Of a stretch of 64,000 nt of DNA, positions 1-11,786 are shown piece after piece (positions within the stretch are counted from its first letter, which is position 1; every line of letters starts with the position of its first letter). Below the pieces are notes generated by a model that ran no database searches, was not told the origin of the DNA, and saw nothing but the letters and a program-made list of their open reading frames with translations. The position numbers and the translations under genes are program-made. The DNA lies in the NCBI RefSeq assembly GCF_000150275.1, contig NW_002060952.1, positions 1,416,452-1,480,451 on the forward strand. The letters run 5' to 3'. Origin of the DNA: Trichoplax adhaerens (Eukaryota; Animalia; Placozoa).

Positions 1-72
1 GACTCGAGCACATCGGATCGTTGTAACCTCGTTAGCTCACCAACCTCGTCTTCTTCTACTTTACGAATTGAG
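1..72 (-). CDS. Possible internal exon of an unidentified minus-strand gene running off the window edge
   Basis: Acceptor ttctag| at 74-73 followed by an open frame SIRKVEEDEVGELTRLQRSDVLE; a gtaag donor lies at 131-127. No recognisable family. Confidence 0.25.
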
Positions 73-1523
73 CTAGAATTGATCAAGCCAAGACAACAGC
101 AAAATGGAGTCGATAAATCAGTCCATCTTACCCACTACTGTCTACCCACTTATACTGGCGTTTTTACATAAGCAAAAACTTCGTTCTTCCGCCAAATGGT
201 TTACAAAAGAGACCGGAACGGTTAGTACCAGTTAGTATAGTACTGTACTATCCAATCAACCCAATGTTCGCTTGTTTCATGGAGCGAGAGGTAGGCACGT
301 TGAGCATCCCACTACTCTATCCATTGAAAGTGAAAATGACAACGGTCCTACAGTACTGTGTAGCAATCATGGACTGCATTCTGTTCATGAAATTGACCAA
401 CAGAAAATCTCGATCTCATTTGGCTATTCCTTCCATGCAATTCATTCCACTGCTAAGCCAACTAAACTCCTCCTTGATGAGACTACCTACAGTACTGTAG
501 AATTGGCACATTCCCGGCGTATTGGTAGCACGTCCAATGGGGAACCACCATGTCATGATGCAACAATCCCTTTCGCTGTCATAGTATTCAGTTATCTGCC
601 AAAAATGAGCGCTACTCCATCACTTGAACCTGTCGTACAGTAGTATACCATTTCCCAATCATCAATCGATCGAGCTTTCAAAACTGAGCTATCTCAGCTT
701 TTGATCAGCCAAGTTAAAGTTGAACTGCAGTCTCTGAAGTGAGCTTCAAGTAATGAGGTCTTGAAGACCTCTAGAAATGATCCTACTAGTAAAACGTATC
801 ATTGATATCGATAGACAAGTATTATGGATAGGGATGTCCGCAATGGACGAACCAGCAACATACGTATAATAATAAATTACACATGTTAATAAGAAGAATA
901 CTAAAAGTCCCACTGGTGGTGGCTACTGCATACTCAATACCAGTTCCTCTCAATACTAGCGTAGTGCGGTAGAGTAGATATGTAAAAAACTGTCAGATCG
1001 TGCGAACGGATAAAATTCGAAGCGTACTACTTGCACAGTGCTATACCACATGCAGTGTTTGTAATTGATTAATGCTTAAATAGAACAGGAATAGCGGTTT
1101 TATTTTACTGTAATTAGCATATATCAACCGAGATAGGGGTCTGAAATGAGATTGGCTCTTGATTTTATCACCATCAACCTTCTTGATTTTGATTCTACAT
1201 TGTGGCTGTACACTCATAAAGTGATATGTTTGACAGCGTTGAATGTACAGCATTTGCAATCCAATCAGGTTAATACGATCTGCAATTATTTTTAATATTT
1301 TATACTAAGCTAGTATTGGTTGAATACCCAAAAGCTTAAATAGCGTTTTGTACAATTTCGAAAATTGATTATTCTTTAGTCATAGCAACATAGATGGACA
1401 CTGATTGAATATGTGCGTTACTGATGTAATAAATAACAAGAATATCCTATAAAATTAGTTACTGTCATATTAATTTAAAATAAATAAATAATAACTTCCT
1501 ATATTCTCGTATTGCAATAGAAA

Positions 1524-3880
1524 ATGCCTGCTGATGATGGTATATCTATCTTAGATATCATCCAGGACTATTACAGGTAGGTCATGTTTTTAATTGGCTG
1601 ATGGATGCTACAGAGTTATTCTACAGTATCATGTAGGTTATTGCTACACTCCTTGCGTATTTACAGTTCCAAGTTATGAAGTGATATTTAGAGCGTCATA
1701 TCAAAAATCCAGTTGCTATTACCTACAAATTGAAAAGAGCATTGCTGTATAAATTTGTGAAAAAACAATTCATAGTGTCAGGCTTCGATAAACTCCTTTC
1801 TTGATGCCCAAAATGTATCTCTTGCAGCAAGACTATTGATTCATGACTACACCGTGTTGAATATACAGTACATAGAAAGGATTGCTTTTTTTTTAGACGA
1901 CAGAAAAGAAAAAGGAATAACGGCAACACTAGACACAGCCAAAGTAAGAAATATCATGGACACTAATTTTTCCTTAAGTCAACAATATTGCCTTTTCTAT
2001 TTTAATTATTAATATCGGTATATAGCCAATATGCAAGTATTTTGGTAGCTTTATTGTGATAATGTAGCCATTGAATTGAATAGCAGCAGGTATAGAATTC
2101 CGCTTGTGCTGATATCTGCACCCTATGATAGTTTACACGTCGTCAAAAATTATACAGTATTTAGTACACTTTTGTAAATAATACCTTCCTACATATAGAG
2201 TCAAAATCACAGGTCCTGATTTTTCGTTCCATATACGAGAAATAATGATTGCTAACACCTCAGTCATAATCACAGTATATAATACTTACTTCAATTTAAT
2301 ACCTTAAAAGGTGCTAAAGTTGCTAAAATGGAAGCTTCAAGTTCGAAAGATAGCGATGTAAGTCATCTTATGTTATAGTTATTTTATAGTTGTCCCTCAG
2401 TGTTCCATGATAGTTTCATTATAATCTTCTCAATTAAGTGGATGTACTTACTGCTGACGATTTATAGGATATTTCTGAAGAATCGGACGACTCGAATCAG
2501 GCTAGCACTGGTAAACGTGCAACAAAACGGAAATCGAAAATAAGTAGCAAATCAGGCAATAAATCAAAGAGGGCAAAACTTGCAAAGAACAAATCTGAAA
2601 GTTCTGAAAGTTCTACCACTTCAGATGATAGCGATGATGATAGCTCTATCGAAAATGAGACTTTAAATGAGTCTAAAAATTCTGAAATAAGTGTGGAAGA
2701 GCAAGCCAGCACCGATGATAGTGACGATACCTCAGATAGTGATAATGAATCCAGTAGCTCACAAGATGAAAATAGTAAGAATGAATCGCCTACTGTCGAT
2801 ATCAGCAGTGACAATTCTTCTGATTCCAACAGTTCCGATGAAGAGAATGTAACAAAAGGGTCCGACGACACAAACGAATCTGATGACTCTGATAGTGAAG
2901 AAGCATCTGACTCAGCTAAATTGGAGAGTAAATCTGGTAGCTCTGACGACTCTGAAGACTCTGAAGCATCAGATAAGTCTGCTTCCAGTGATAGTGATTC
3001 ATCTGATGAAAGCGAGGACGAGTCAGAGAACAACACGTCTAAAGGAAATGCTAAAGCTAGCTCTGATGAATCGGAAGATTCTGACGAAAGTTCCGAGAGT
3101 GAAAGTGATGATTCAGATGATTCCGATAATTCTTCAAATGATGAACAAAGTGATGACGTAGTAAATTCCACCGAAATTCAAAAATCGAATATTCAAGAAC
3201 CTAATTCTCATAACTCATCTGTTTCAAAGAACGGCAATGTTAGTTATAACTTTGTCGTCAATTTTTAATTTCGGATTTAAAATGTAAGATACTATCGGAT
3301 ACTAAGGCTACCATTCAATATCATTTTTCCTAGGGACCTAAGGGAAGCAAAACCGCTCCCTTCCGTCGTGTAAATATAGAAGTCTCTAATATTGAAAGCC
3401 AATTTCGAGATAATTCCTTTGAAGCAAAGGTATGAAATTAGTAAAGGCGAAAAAAGTGGATTGTTCTTCGCAGTTATTATAACTGGTTAATAGTCATGGA
3501 CTACCATGCAAACTGTTCCCTTCCAACATAAATAGGGTGCACATCCGTTTCAAGATTATTAGTAGTTTGTAAACATTCTTTTTCAAATTTTTATTTTAGA
3601 AAAATGCCAAGAATTCTTGGGGGGATAAAGCTAATAAAGATTTAAAGTTTACAAAAGGTTTTCTGCGTAGAACAGTTCTTTTTTTAATCTTACATATATC
3701 CTAATTATCTCAATTGAGTCATGCAACCGTTGCGATGCAATATAAATTATAACAGATATAATTTTTTGGGGATCACCAATAGGAAAGTCATTCAGGCATG
3801 AAAAAACAAAGAAAAAGCGTGGCAGTTATCGTGGTGGATCTATCGATATGTCTGTTAATTCTATAAAATTTGATGACTAA
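1524..3880 (+). CDS. NOLC1: Nucleolar phosphoprotein Nopp140/NOLC1/Srp40-like (SRP40_C domain), about 389 aa; 5'-most exon may be missing
   Basis: Phase-consistent GT-AG exons 1521/1524-1576, 1897-1943, 2311-2357, 2468-3238, 3334-3429, 3600-3657, 3783-3880. Long S/D/E-rich centre. The C-terminus APFRRV...DNSFEAK...[46 protein letters not shown] is the hallmark SRP40_C domain. N-terminal SILDII resembles the SLLDIY motif of NOLC1. Confidence 0.88.
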
Positions 3881-4891
3881 TGTTACACTCTTGCGATATA
3901 TGATGTTTCCGTATTGTTACAAGTGAAATTGATAATCCTTGTTAAATTCAAATTACTTTGGATACAACCAGCATTTGAGATAAATTTTATATTACTGTAT
4001 TATGGTATAGAATCACTGTTAATATTCGATTGGATTTATTCCGAGCTTCTCTCTATAAGTTCTGCTTACTGCATTATCCTAATTTGTAATGAATAGTGCG
4101 GTTATAGCAACAATAATTGACCTCTTTGGAAAAGTGGCATTTGTACTACTGTTGCAAGTAATAAATCGTAATGCAGTATCGTTTATTAATTTCTTCATTC
4201 TGTCCAAATTTTACGTGAGAGAACTGGAGTTTATTTTACTACGACAAACCTTGGAATACTAGTATTCTTCTAGTAGTGTATGGAGAAACGCAAGCTAAAA
4301 ATCGATTAGCAATCACGCGTATTATAAGATTTTCCTTAGCAAGAAACGCCTTTATTGCTGTTTTGACGATATAATCCGACAAATTGAACAAAAGTGATTT
4401 AAAAGTTATACCTTTTACAAATTTTAACCTTGTTAGGACATGATAATAGCTGAAAATAATATTACCATAAAAATATTGACATCTGCAAAAAGTTGATGTT
4501 GAAAGCGCACGCACTACGTGAAAACGCTAACGGTTGGCACGTAATTTCTCTAAAATACTTCAATTGTTTATTGTCAGTAGCTACATTTCATCATTAGCAA
4601 TGTTGTTTAAAGCATTTACAACTTTTTTAGGAAAAACAATATAACAAGGGCCAAAGCTCCATGCCTATTATCTTAAGAGCTTATTAATACGAGCGTATGT
4701 CGATTACGCGTACTGATCCTACTGCCAGCATTTGATATCATAGAGAACTTATTGTATTAAAGAAGTGCTAAAAGTCAAGATTGCAATGTTACGTATTATA
4801 GGAGAATATTTAGAATTACTAAAGTCACCACTACGACTTGATCAATTTGACATTAACGTCACAATAAAATTACCATAAATAGTGGTACATC

Positions 4892-7336
4892 TTAGTACTT
4901 ATAAATCTTCTTTGCAGCTGCGATGGTATTTTTTAATAGCATAGCAACAGTCATTGGTCCGACACCACCAGGTACTGGGGTAATATAGCTAGCAACTTTG
5001 GATACGCCTTCAAAATCGACATCACCCACTAAGCGTTGCTTGCCATCAGGACCAGTGATTCGATTAATACCAACGTCGATAATAGCGGCACCAGGTTTAA
5101 CCATGTCTGCTTTTATCAGACCTGGTATTCCGACAGCTACGACTAGAATATCGGCCATTTTCGTGTTGATCAGTAACTGCTCAGGTGGAGTATAACGGTG
5201 GCAAATTGTTGCAGTAGCATCGCCTAGATATTCAAAGTGAAAGAAATATCTAGTAAATTATATCAAGCCAACATCTATTAATGCAACTATTGCCTATATA
5301 GTAGCATACGCACAACTTTACATATCCTTCTTTCGCAACATACCGTGCGACTTTACTTTATAGATGGAATCAAATCTTAATTCAGAAGTTCAATGACAAA
5401 TATTTTTACTTCTACGGCGTACACGTCAATGAATTGACAACATTGAGCAGTACACTGCTTGCACGTAAAAGTAATTATGGAGAAAATTAGATATCTACAG
5501 TGAGTAAGCTTTGCTTTGTTTGCAACAAGTATTGTACAATATTAGAGTAAGGCGTAGTAAGTACAAAATATAAAAACGCTAGCTGAGATGCTGTTATAAA
5601 TATGATATTGAGCTGATTCAAATTTCAATCACACTTTGTTTCTTTAGTTTGCTACTTTTTTGAAAATCAGCACAATTAAACTTGATTTTAAAATACAAGA
5701 GGCTATGCCAGCCTCACCGGCTGATCGTATGCACCAATTTGCCAACTTTTAAGCTGTACAGTTCAGTATTGAACCGTATCAGTTTTTGGAGTAGATTGGA
5801 AATTTTTATCATCGATTTGATTGATGATCAACATCCTGATATAAATTAAAGGGATACACTAAGCAAGCATTTGTTGTAAAGAGACATTTTTTCTGGTCAT
5901 GGCAACTCTGTACTACCCATTACGTTTATCCGCAACAAAGTGGTAGTAATAGTATCTATTCAATCATGACGACTCTACTTAGGCATTGAGCCGATATGAC
6001 AGCAAGCAAGACAGAACGGCCGATCGACAATCACTTTCAAGTTAACAGTTAAAACCTCATGACTAGTGTAAAGGTTCAAACTTCAAAGTACAGTACAGTA
6101 CAATATGAAGGATAGCATTCATGAATCCCCTAGCAATATAGCATGTTTGTATGTATTGAGCAGTATTTACTATCTACTTTTCTCCAATGCCTCATGATGA
6201 TAATCATTCTTCTTTTATTCAATCGTGCACGAATTGAAGTATCCCGAAATACGCGTATAAAAATAGTCATGGAGCACGAGAATCCATTTAACGTTGTATC
6301 ATACATTTATCACTCATTGACCGTTCAACTTTGTCGAAAATTCAATTTCATAGTATAATTAGGTAGAAATGTTATAAAGTTGTAAGCAAACTTTTTGAAC
6401 ACTGCAATAACTGTTGTCGATTTTAAAATATTGTCTTACCACTTCCATCAGAATGCAACATCATCATAATGGGCATTCCAACATTTTTCGATCGACCTAA
6501 AATAACAGCGTGCTTGCCAAAAGTGGGTATTTTATATCGATAGATCATTTCCATTACACCGGCAGCAGTAGCAGGTAAGAAGGCATTATCATTTAAACAA
6601 AATCGACCGACGTTGAGAGCATGAAAGCCGTCAACATCTTTACTTGGTACAACAGCATTGCATACTGTTCTTTCGTCCATGTGCTTTGGTAAAGGAAGTT
6701 GGACAAGGATGCCATCGACGCCGTCATCTTTATTTAAGTTATCCACAAAAGCTAATAATTCATCTTGTGTAATTGCATCGGACAAAACATGTGTTTTACT
6801 GTCGATGCCGACCTTATCGCAGCCATTAGTCTTACTTTTAATGTAAGATTTACTGGCAGGATTATCACCAACTAGGACAACAGATAAATGTGGTCGTCTA
6901 TTACCTAACAACATGAAGAGAGATGCACCATCAGGCTTGATCATTTCCTCTATCGGTAACGCAAACTACAACATAACGCTATCATTGGTATCATCATCAC
7001 CACTGTCACGCATTGTTGATCATGCATGAGGATTCATTGTATGCAAAAGTAGTAAGCTGCAATTTTTGAACAATTCATCCACTCCTACCAAGAGGGCAAA
7101 CATCAATTACCTTTCAACATCCAATCATCGACTTCTTGCTTGACCTCCTCGCTGATTTCGGCCGATAACTTTTTGCCATCGATTAATTTGGCTGTATCCA
7201 ACCTGGCGCTGGCATGCAACGTGCATCGTGTCATGACAATTGGACTGCATCGAACGGCATGATTTACTCCACGGCTAAGTAGACTAACCCTATTGAAGTT
7301 GCGAAGAGCAGTAGCAGCCATTCTTAAAGAAGCCAT
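4892..7336 (-). CDS. MTHFD2: Mitochondrial bifunctional methylenetetrahydrofolate dehydrogenase/cyclohydrolase (MTHFD2/FolD family)
   Basis: Exons 7336-7111, 6904-6440, 5223-4892, with phase-1 introns. Arg/Ala/Ser-rich targeting peptide; motifs [78 protein letters not shown]. Confidence 0.95.
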
Positions 7337-7566
7337 AACGACCCAATGCAATAGATTGATCAATTACTAGAACGATAGAGTAGCAAACTGTTGACAGCGT
7401 GTTGGCCGATGCTAAGTTTACCCTTTACTGAACGCCTCTATTGGCATGGTCTAGTACAGCTCTACTGCCTATACAAAACAAAAGCTATCATGCAGTTTCC
7501 TGTGTGGTACTGCAAGTCGCTGCTTTCAACTTTACGGATAGGATTGGACCGATGGACACGCATAGA

Positions 7567-8390
7567 GTGTACAGTACTGTACTGTACAGTAGATGAAAAT
7601 GATCAGGGCTGATGCACAATCACAGTGTACAGTACAGTACTGTACAGTACACTGTACTGTACTGTGCGAAACTACTGTACTGTACAGTACAGTACTGTAC
7701 TCTCAATCAAGCATGCTGTACAGTGTACAGTACTGTACTGTACTGTACTGTACTGTAAAGGACACATTTTCTACAGTACTGCAATGTACTGTATACTGTA
7801 CTGTACTGTACAGTACTGTACTCCATATAATATACAGTACATATACTGTACATATTGTACTGTATACTGTATACTGTACTGTACAGTATATTTTTTTCAT
7901 ATTGTCCTATTTTTAGACCTGGCTATTTTACAGTACTGTACAGTTCAGAAAATCTCCATGACGCAAGCACGTTCCCATCGACCAGTAACGACGCACTCTC
8001 TTTCCGTCCCGATCCAGAGCAGTGTTCGTACAGTACTGTACAGTGTACAGTACGAGTACGGTAGCGGCGTAGCCATCCATGGACTGTACTGTACTGTACA
8101 CTGTACTGTTTACAGTGTACAGTACTTCATATTGTCCTACTGTATTTTACAGTACTGTGTACTGTGTAGTGTGTACACTTCAAAAAATCTCCATGACGCA
8201 GGCACGTTTATCGACCAGTAACGAGTCACTAACGACGCACTCTCTTTCCGTTCCGTTCCAGTGCGGGTGTTCGTACAGTACTGTACAGTATACAGTACAG
8301 TACGAGTACGGTAGCCATCCATGGACTGTACTGTACAGACTACAGTGTACAGTATAATATTGTACTGTAAAGGACAGTGTACTGTACTCA
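7567..8390. repeat. Palindromic pentamer satellite (TACAG/CTGTA)n with an embedded two-copy GC-richer repeat, in the MTHFD2/PRPF38A divergent intergenic region
   Basis: Dozens of GTACAGTACTGTAC-type units in both orientations. The duplicated block aaatctccatgacgca...catccatggactgtac occurs at about 7948-8095 and 8183-8335. Confidence 0.9.
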
Positions 8391-8448
8391 ACTCAAGCCA
8401 GACAATCCATGCAACATCGTTGGCTATCCCCTATCAAGTTAAGCCAAT

Positions 8449-11400
8449 ATGGCGAATCGGACAGCGAAAGACGCTGTCACAGTAAAGGGAACCAATCCTC
8501 AATATCTTGTTGAAAAAATTACAAGATCTCGAATCTATGAATGCAAATACTGGAAGGAAAAGTGCTTCGCCGTCACGGGTAGGTTCAATTCTTTTTAAAT
8601 CAATTCTAAATCCATCCAACATGGGATATGCGTGTGTCATGAATGAGCTATCCAAAACAGTGGAAACAGCATCAGTAACAGTAAATTGCAGCACAGGAGA
8701 ATGCAGGTAGACAACAGTAACATTGTCCCTCAACGTGGAAAGTATCTTTTGATGCCTATTACTAAGCATTGCAAATACTTTGGAACCTTAAAATGTCACG
8801 TAGAACGTGTAACATAAGATAAAATCATGACCTCCATTGCTTTACAATGTCACAAATCTTTTGCAATAAATTCAAGGTGATATGGATGTCATATTGATTC
8901 CATTCCATGCTTTGACTATTATATCTAGCTGAGCTTTTGGTTGATAGAGCAATGGAATTAGATCATATTGGTGGTACATTTGGTGGTAATATCAAACCGA
9001 CGCCATTTCTATGTTTAATCTTAAAGATGTTACAAATTCAACCTGAAAAAGATATCATAGTCGAATTCATTAAGAACGAAGATTACAAGTAAGAGCACTT
9101 ACCAGTCAATTTTTGTAGTCTGTATTTGTAATCACTCATAATACGCTATTTATTATTACTGTAATCATATCTACTTGCAATGACCAATTTTTAATTCATG
9201 TTAGTATTGTATAGCCGTTGAAAAATGCCTCTCCCCTACTTGTAATAGTATTACACTAGTTTTTATTCATCAATTTAATGGGGTGCTACAATTTTTCATC
9301 AAGTTGACAAGTTGCATGACATTATTCATGATAGGCTACAAACATTTCACTCATTGTTAAACGTTCTTACAGCTGCGTACAATATGCAATTTGATTGCAA
9401 TATCGTTAATCGACGACTATGCCCAGTCTTATGTTAACGATATAGGGCTTAGCGTTATGTTGTGGCCAACACTAACAACATTCAATAGTACTCAGGATGC
9501 ACTACTCTATTGCTATCAACATACTGTACTTTCTTCTTCATGATAGGTACGTGCGTGCTTTAGGGGCGATTTACATGAGATTGGTTGGCACTTCCAATGA
9601 CTGTTACAACTATCTAGAACCGTTATACAACGATTTTAGAAAATTAAAACGAAAACAGAGATCAGGACGTAAGATAAATTTACTTATGCCCATGACTAAC
9701 TTTGTCCTATTGCATGAAATTGTAAAATGCACTAGCTTATCATGGTATACTAATTCATCATGTCATTGAACGGTATATTTCCTAGAATTTCAAGTTATTC
9801 ATATGGATGAATTTGTAGAAGAATTACTCACTGAAGATCGTGCATGCGATACAATCCTACCACGCATTCAGGTAAAAATTAATTTTGCAATTGAGTGCTT
9901 ACTATTGTATTTGAAATGAGCCGATTTATAGTAGACCCCTTTACGATATAAATCTCACAATATTTTGATGCCATTACAGAAACGTTATATCTTAGAACAA
10001 ACTAATCAGCTAGAACCAAGAGTGAGTCCAATTCATTAAACTATGTTATAAGGAATAATCGCTTGATGTAGAGTAAACTTTCGTATTTATCTTACACGTA
10101 TACTCTTTGCTAATCGTCATAATGTAGGTTAGTGCCTTAGATGAGGACATCGATATTGAATCGGATGAACAGTCAGAATCTGAAGAAGAAGAGCCTGTAA
10201 TGCAATCTTACCTTGTTATAGAATACATGCGTCCCTAGCGTACTCTACTATAACGTGTTATATAATTGTCGCTTCTAAGTTAATGCAGGGCCGCAGCCAA
10301 TTTTTCATTAAGTTAAGAAGTAAATATTGAAAACCTTATTAATAGGTAAAGCATTCTAGACGTCGTAGTAGATCTCGGGATCGGGATAAACACTCGAGGC
10401 GCAGCAAATCACCAAGAAGGAGGTAAACTAAGTATTCTTTTATACTATTCGATGTAAAAATAACTGTTCTATTAGCGGCAACTGAAGTTCTTATCAGCAT
10501 CTTTGACGAAAACTACGATTAAGAAACGTGCTTTCAGTAAATTATGATAAAATTCTTCAGTACATATCCACATTGTAGAAATAATTAGAAATTCTACTTT
10601 GACCAATTTTGGTTATTATCACTATTGTAATATTACGACAATTGTAGTCTATATTACGTATTATTAGCAAAACTTGATTTGAATAGATGATAACTGCTGG
10701 ACGGTGCCTTTATGAGCTGCGTATAAAATATTTGTATTCTATTATACAATATACGTATAGAGTATTTGCATCTTATGTATAATACCATCAACTATTAAAA
10801 TAAGGTATTATTGTAATAGGCGATGATAATACCCTCTAAGTTTCGCACTACTGCGTACACACTATCGATAAATTATTGTGCAGTACACATCTTCGCACTC
10901 TCTATTGCTCTTTTCTCCCCTCGGTAACATTCTCGTTCGATCTTACCTTACTGGTAGCTATCATTAAGCTTCTACTCTCGAGTTATCTCCTTCCATAATG
11001 AATATAAAAAAAGCTAGACTAATTAGAATATTGGTAGAGGGACTACCAGTGAAAAAAGAGTCCTATTGTAATCACGACAAGCTAGCGAGTAAATTTTGTT
11101 AGACCAGTATAATCTATTGGACAATTCCTGTACAATGTATTCTCATATCGTTCGTGATAGAATCCTGATGAATTTTTATCATTACTTTCTCCTTAATTAG
11201 ACGCAGTTCTAGAAGCCCAAGAAGAAGGTCTCGTAGTCCTAGGAGAAGATCTCGATCTCGTAGCCCTAGAAGAAGATCTCGATCACGCAGTCCGAGAAGG
11301 AGACGATCACGCAGTCCAAGGGGATCGATCTCGCAGTCCAAGAAGGAGATCTCGATCACGCAGTCCAAGAAGGAGATCTCGATCACGCAGTCCGAGAAGG

Positions 11401-11786
11401 AGATCGCGATCACGTAGCCCACGAAGGAGATCTCATTCATATAGCCCTAAAAGAAAATCGTCGTCCCGGAGCCCTCGGAGACGTTCACGTTCTCCACGAA
11501 GGAGGTAAAATAGTGGCATACGGATTCATCTTTCCTAATTTTAATGACTTTTAACCTTAACTCTTCAAGTCGTACTGTTCGTATGTATACATCGTTTTAG
11601 TTGATATACACTTTATCATCAATTATTTCAATCTTAATTTAACCTAGACGCCGTAAACACTCGGCCTCTCCACGTCGTAGACACTCTCGATCTGCTTCTT
11701 CCTCCCCTGATAGATCTAGGCGTCATCGAGATAACGGTCATCATGGACGTAGAAAATCTTCCCGCTCGCGATCCCGATCTCGTTAA
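8449..11786 (+). CDS. PRPF38A: Pre-mRNA splicing factor 38A (PRP38 domain plus RS tail); apparent 1-nt frameshift in exon 8
   Basis: Exons 8449-8578, 8929-9088, 9547-9668, 9786-9871, 9980-10021, 10128-10196, 10346-10422, 11201-11504, 11648-11786. MANRTAKDA..GTNPQYLVEKI.R.RIYE.KYWKE.CF, GGNIKPTPFLCLILKMLQIQPEKDI and YKYVRALGAIYMRL are diagnostic. Confidence 0.95.
11201..11504 (+). repeat. Coding 24-bp tandem repeat encoding (SPRRRSRSR-like)n RS domain
   Basis: Repeated agtccaagaaggagatctcgatcacgc units. Confidence 0.85.

Noticed and set aside
2497-3171. 224-aa Ser/Leu-rich minus-strand ORF
   Set aside because: Antisense shadow of the S/D/E-rich NOLC1 exon.
1630-3580. Possible intronic H/ACA or C/D snoRNAs in the NOLC1-like gene (hairpin gtaggt..acctac+ACA at about 1633-1730; hairpin plus ANANNA at about 3457-3531)
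   Set aside because: Neither shows a complete hairpin-H-hairpin-ACA architecture or a recognisable rRNA guide. A snoReport/Infernal scan would be needed.
7593-8391. Cys/Tyr/Thr/Val-rich ORFs (up to 198 aa) and a superficial CRISPR-like repeat/spacer look
   Set aside because: These are translations of the pentamer satellite. The 'spacers' are duplicates of each other, the repeats have no fixed length, there are no cas genes, and the context is eukaryotic.
8434-8769. 111-aa minus-strand ORF
   Set aside because: Overlaps PRPF38A exon 1 and intron 1 antisense; no recognisable features.
11114-11440. 108-aa repetitive minus-strand ORF
   Set aside because: Antisense shadow of the PRPF38A RS-repeat exon.
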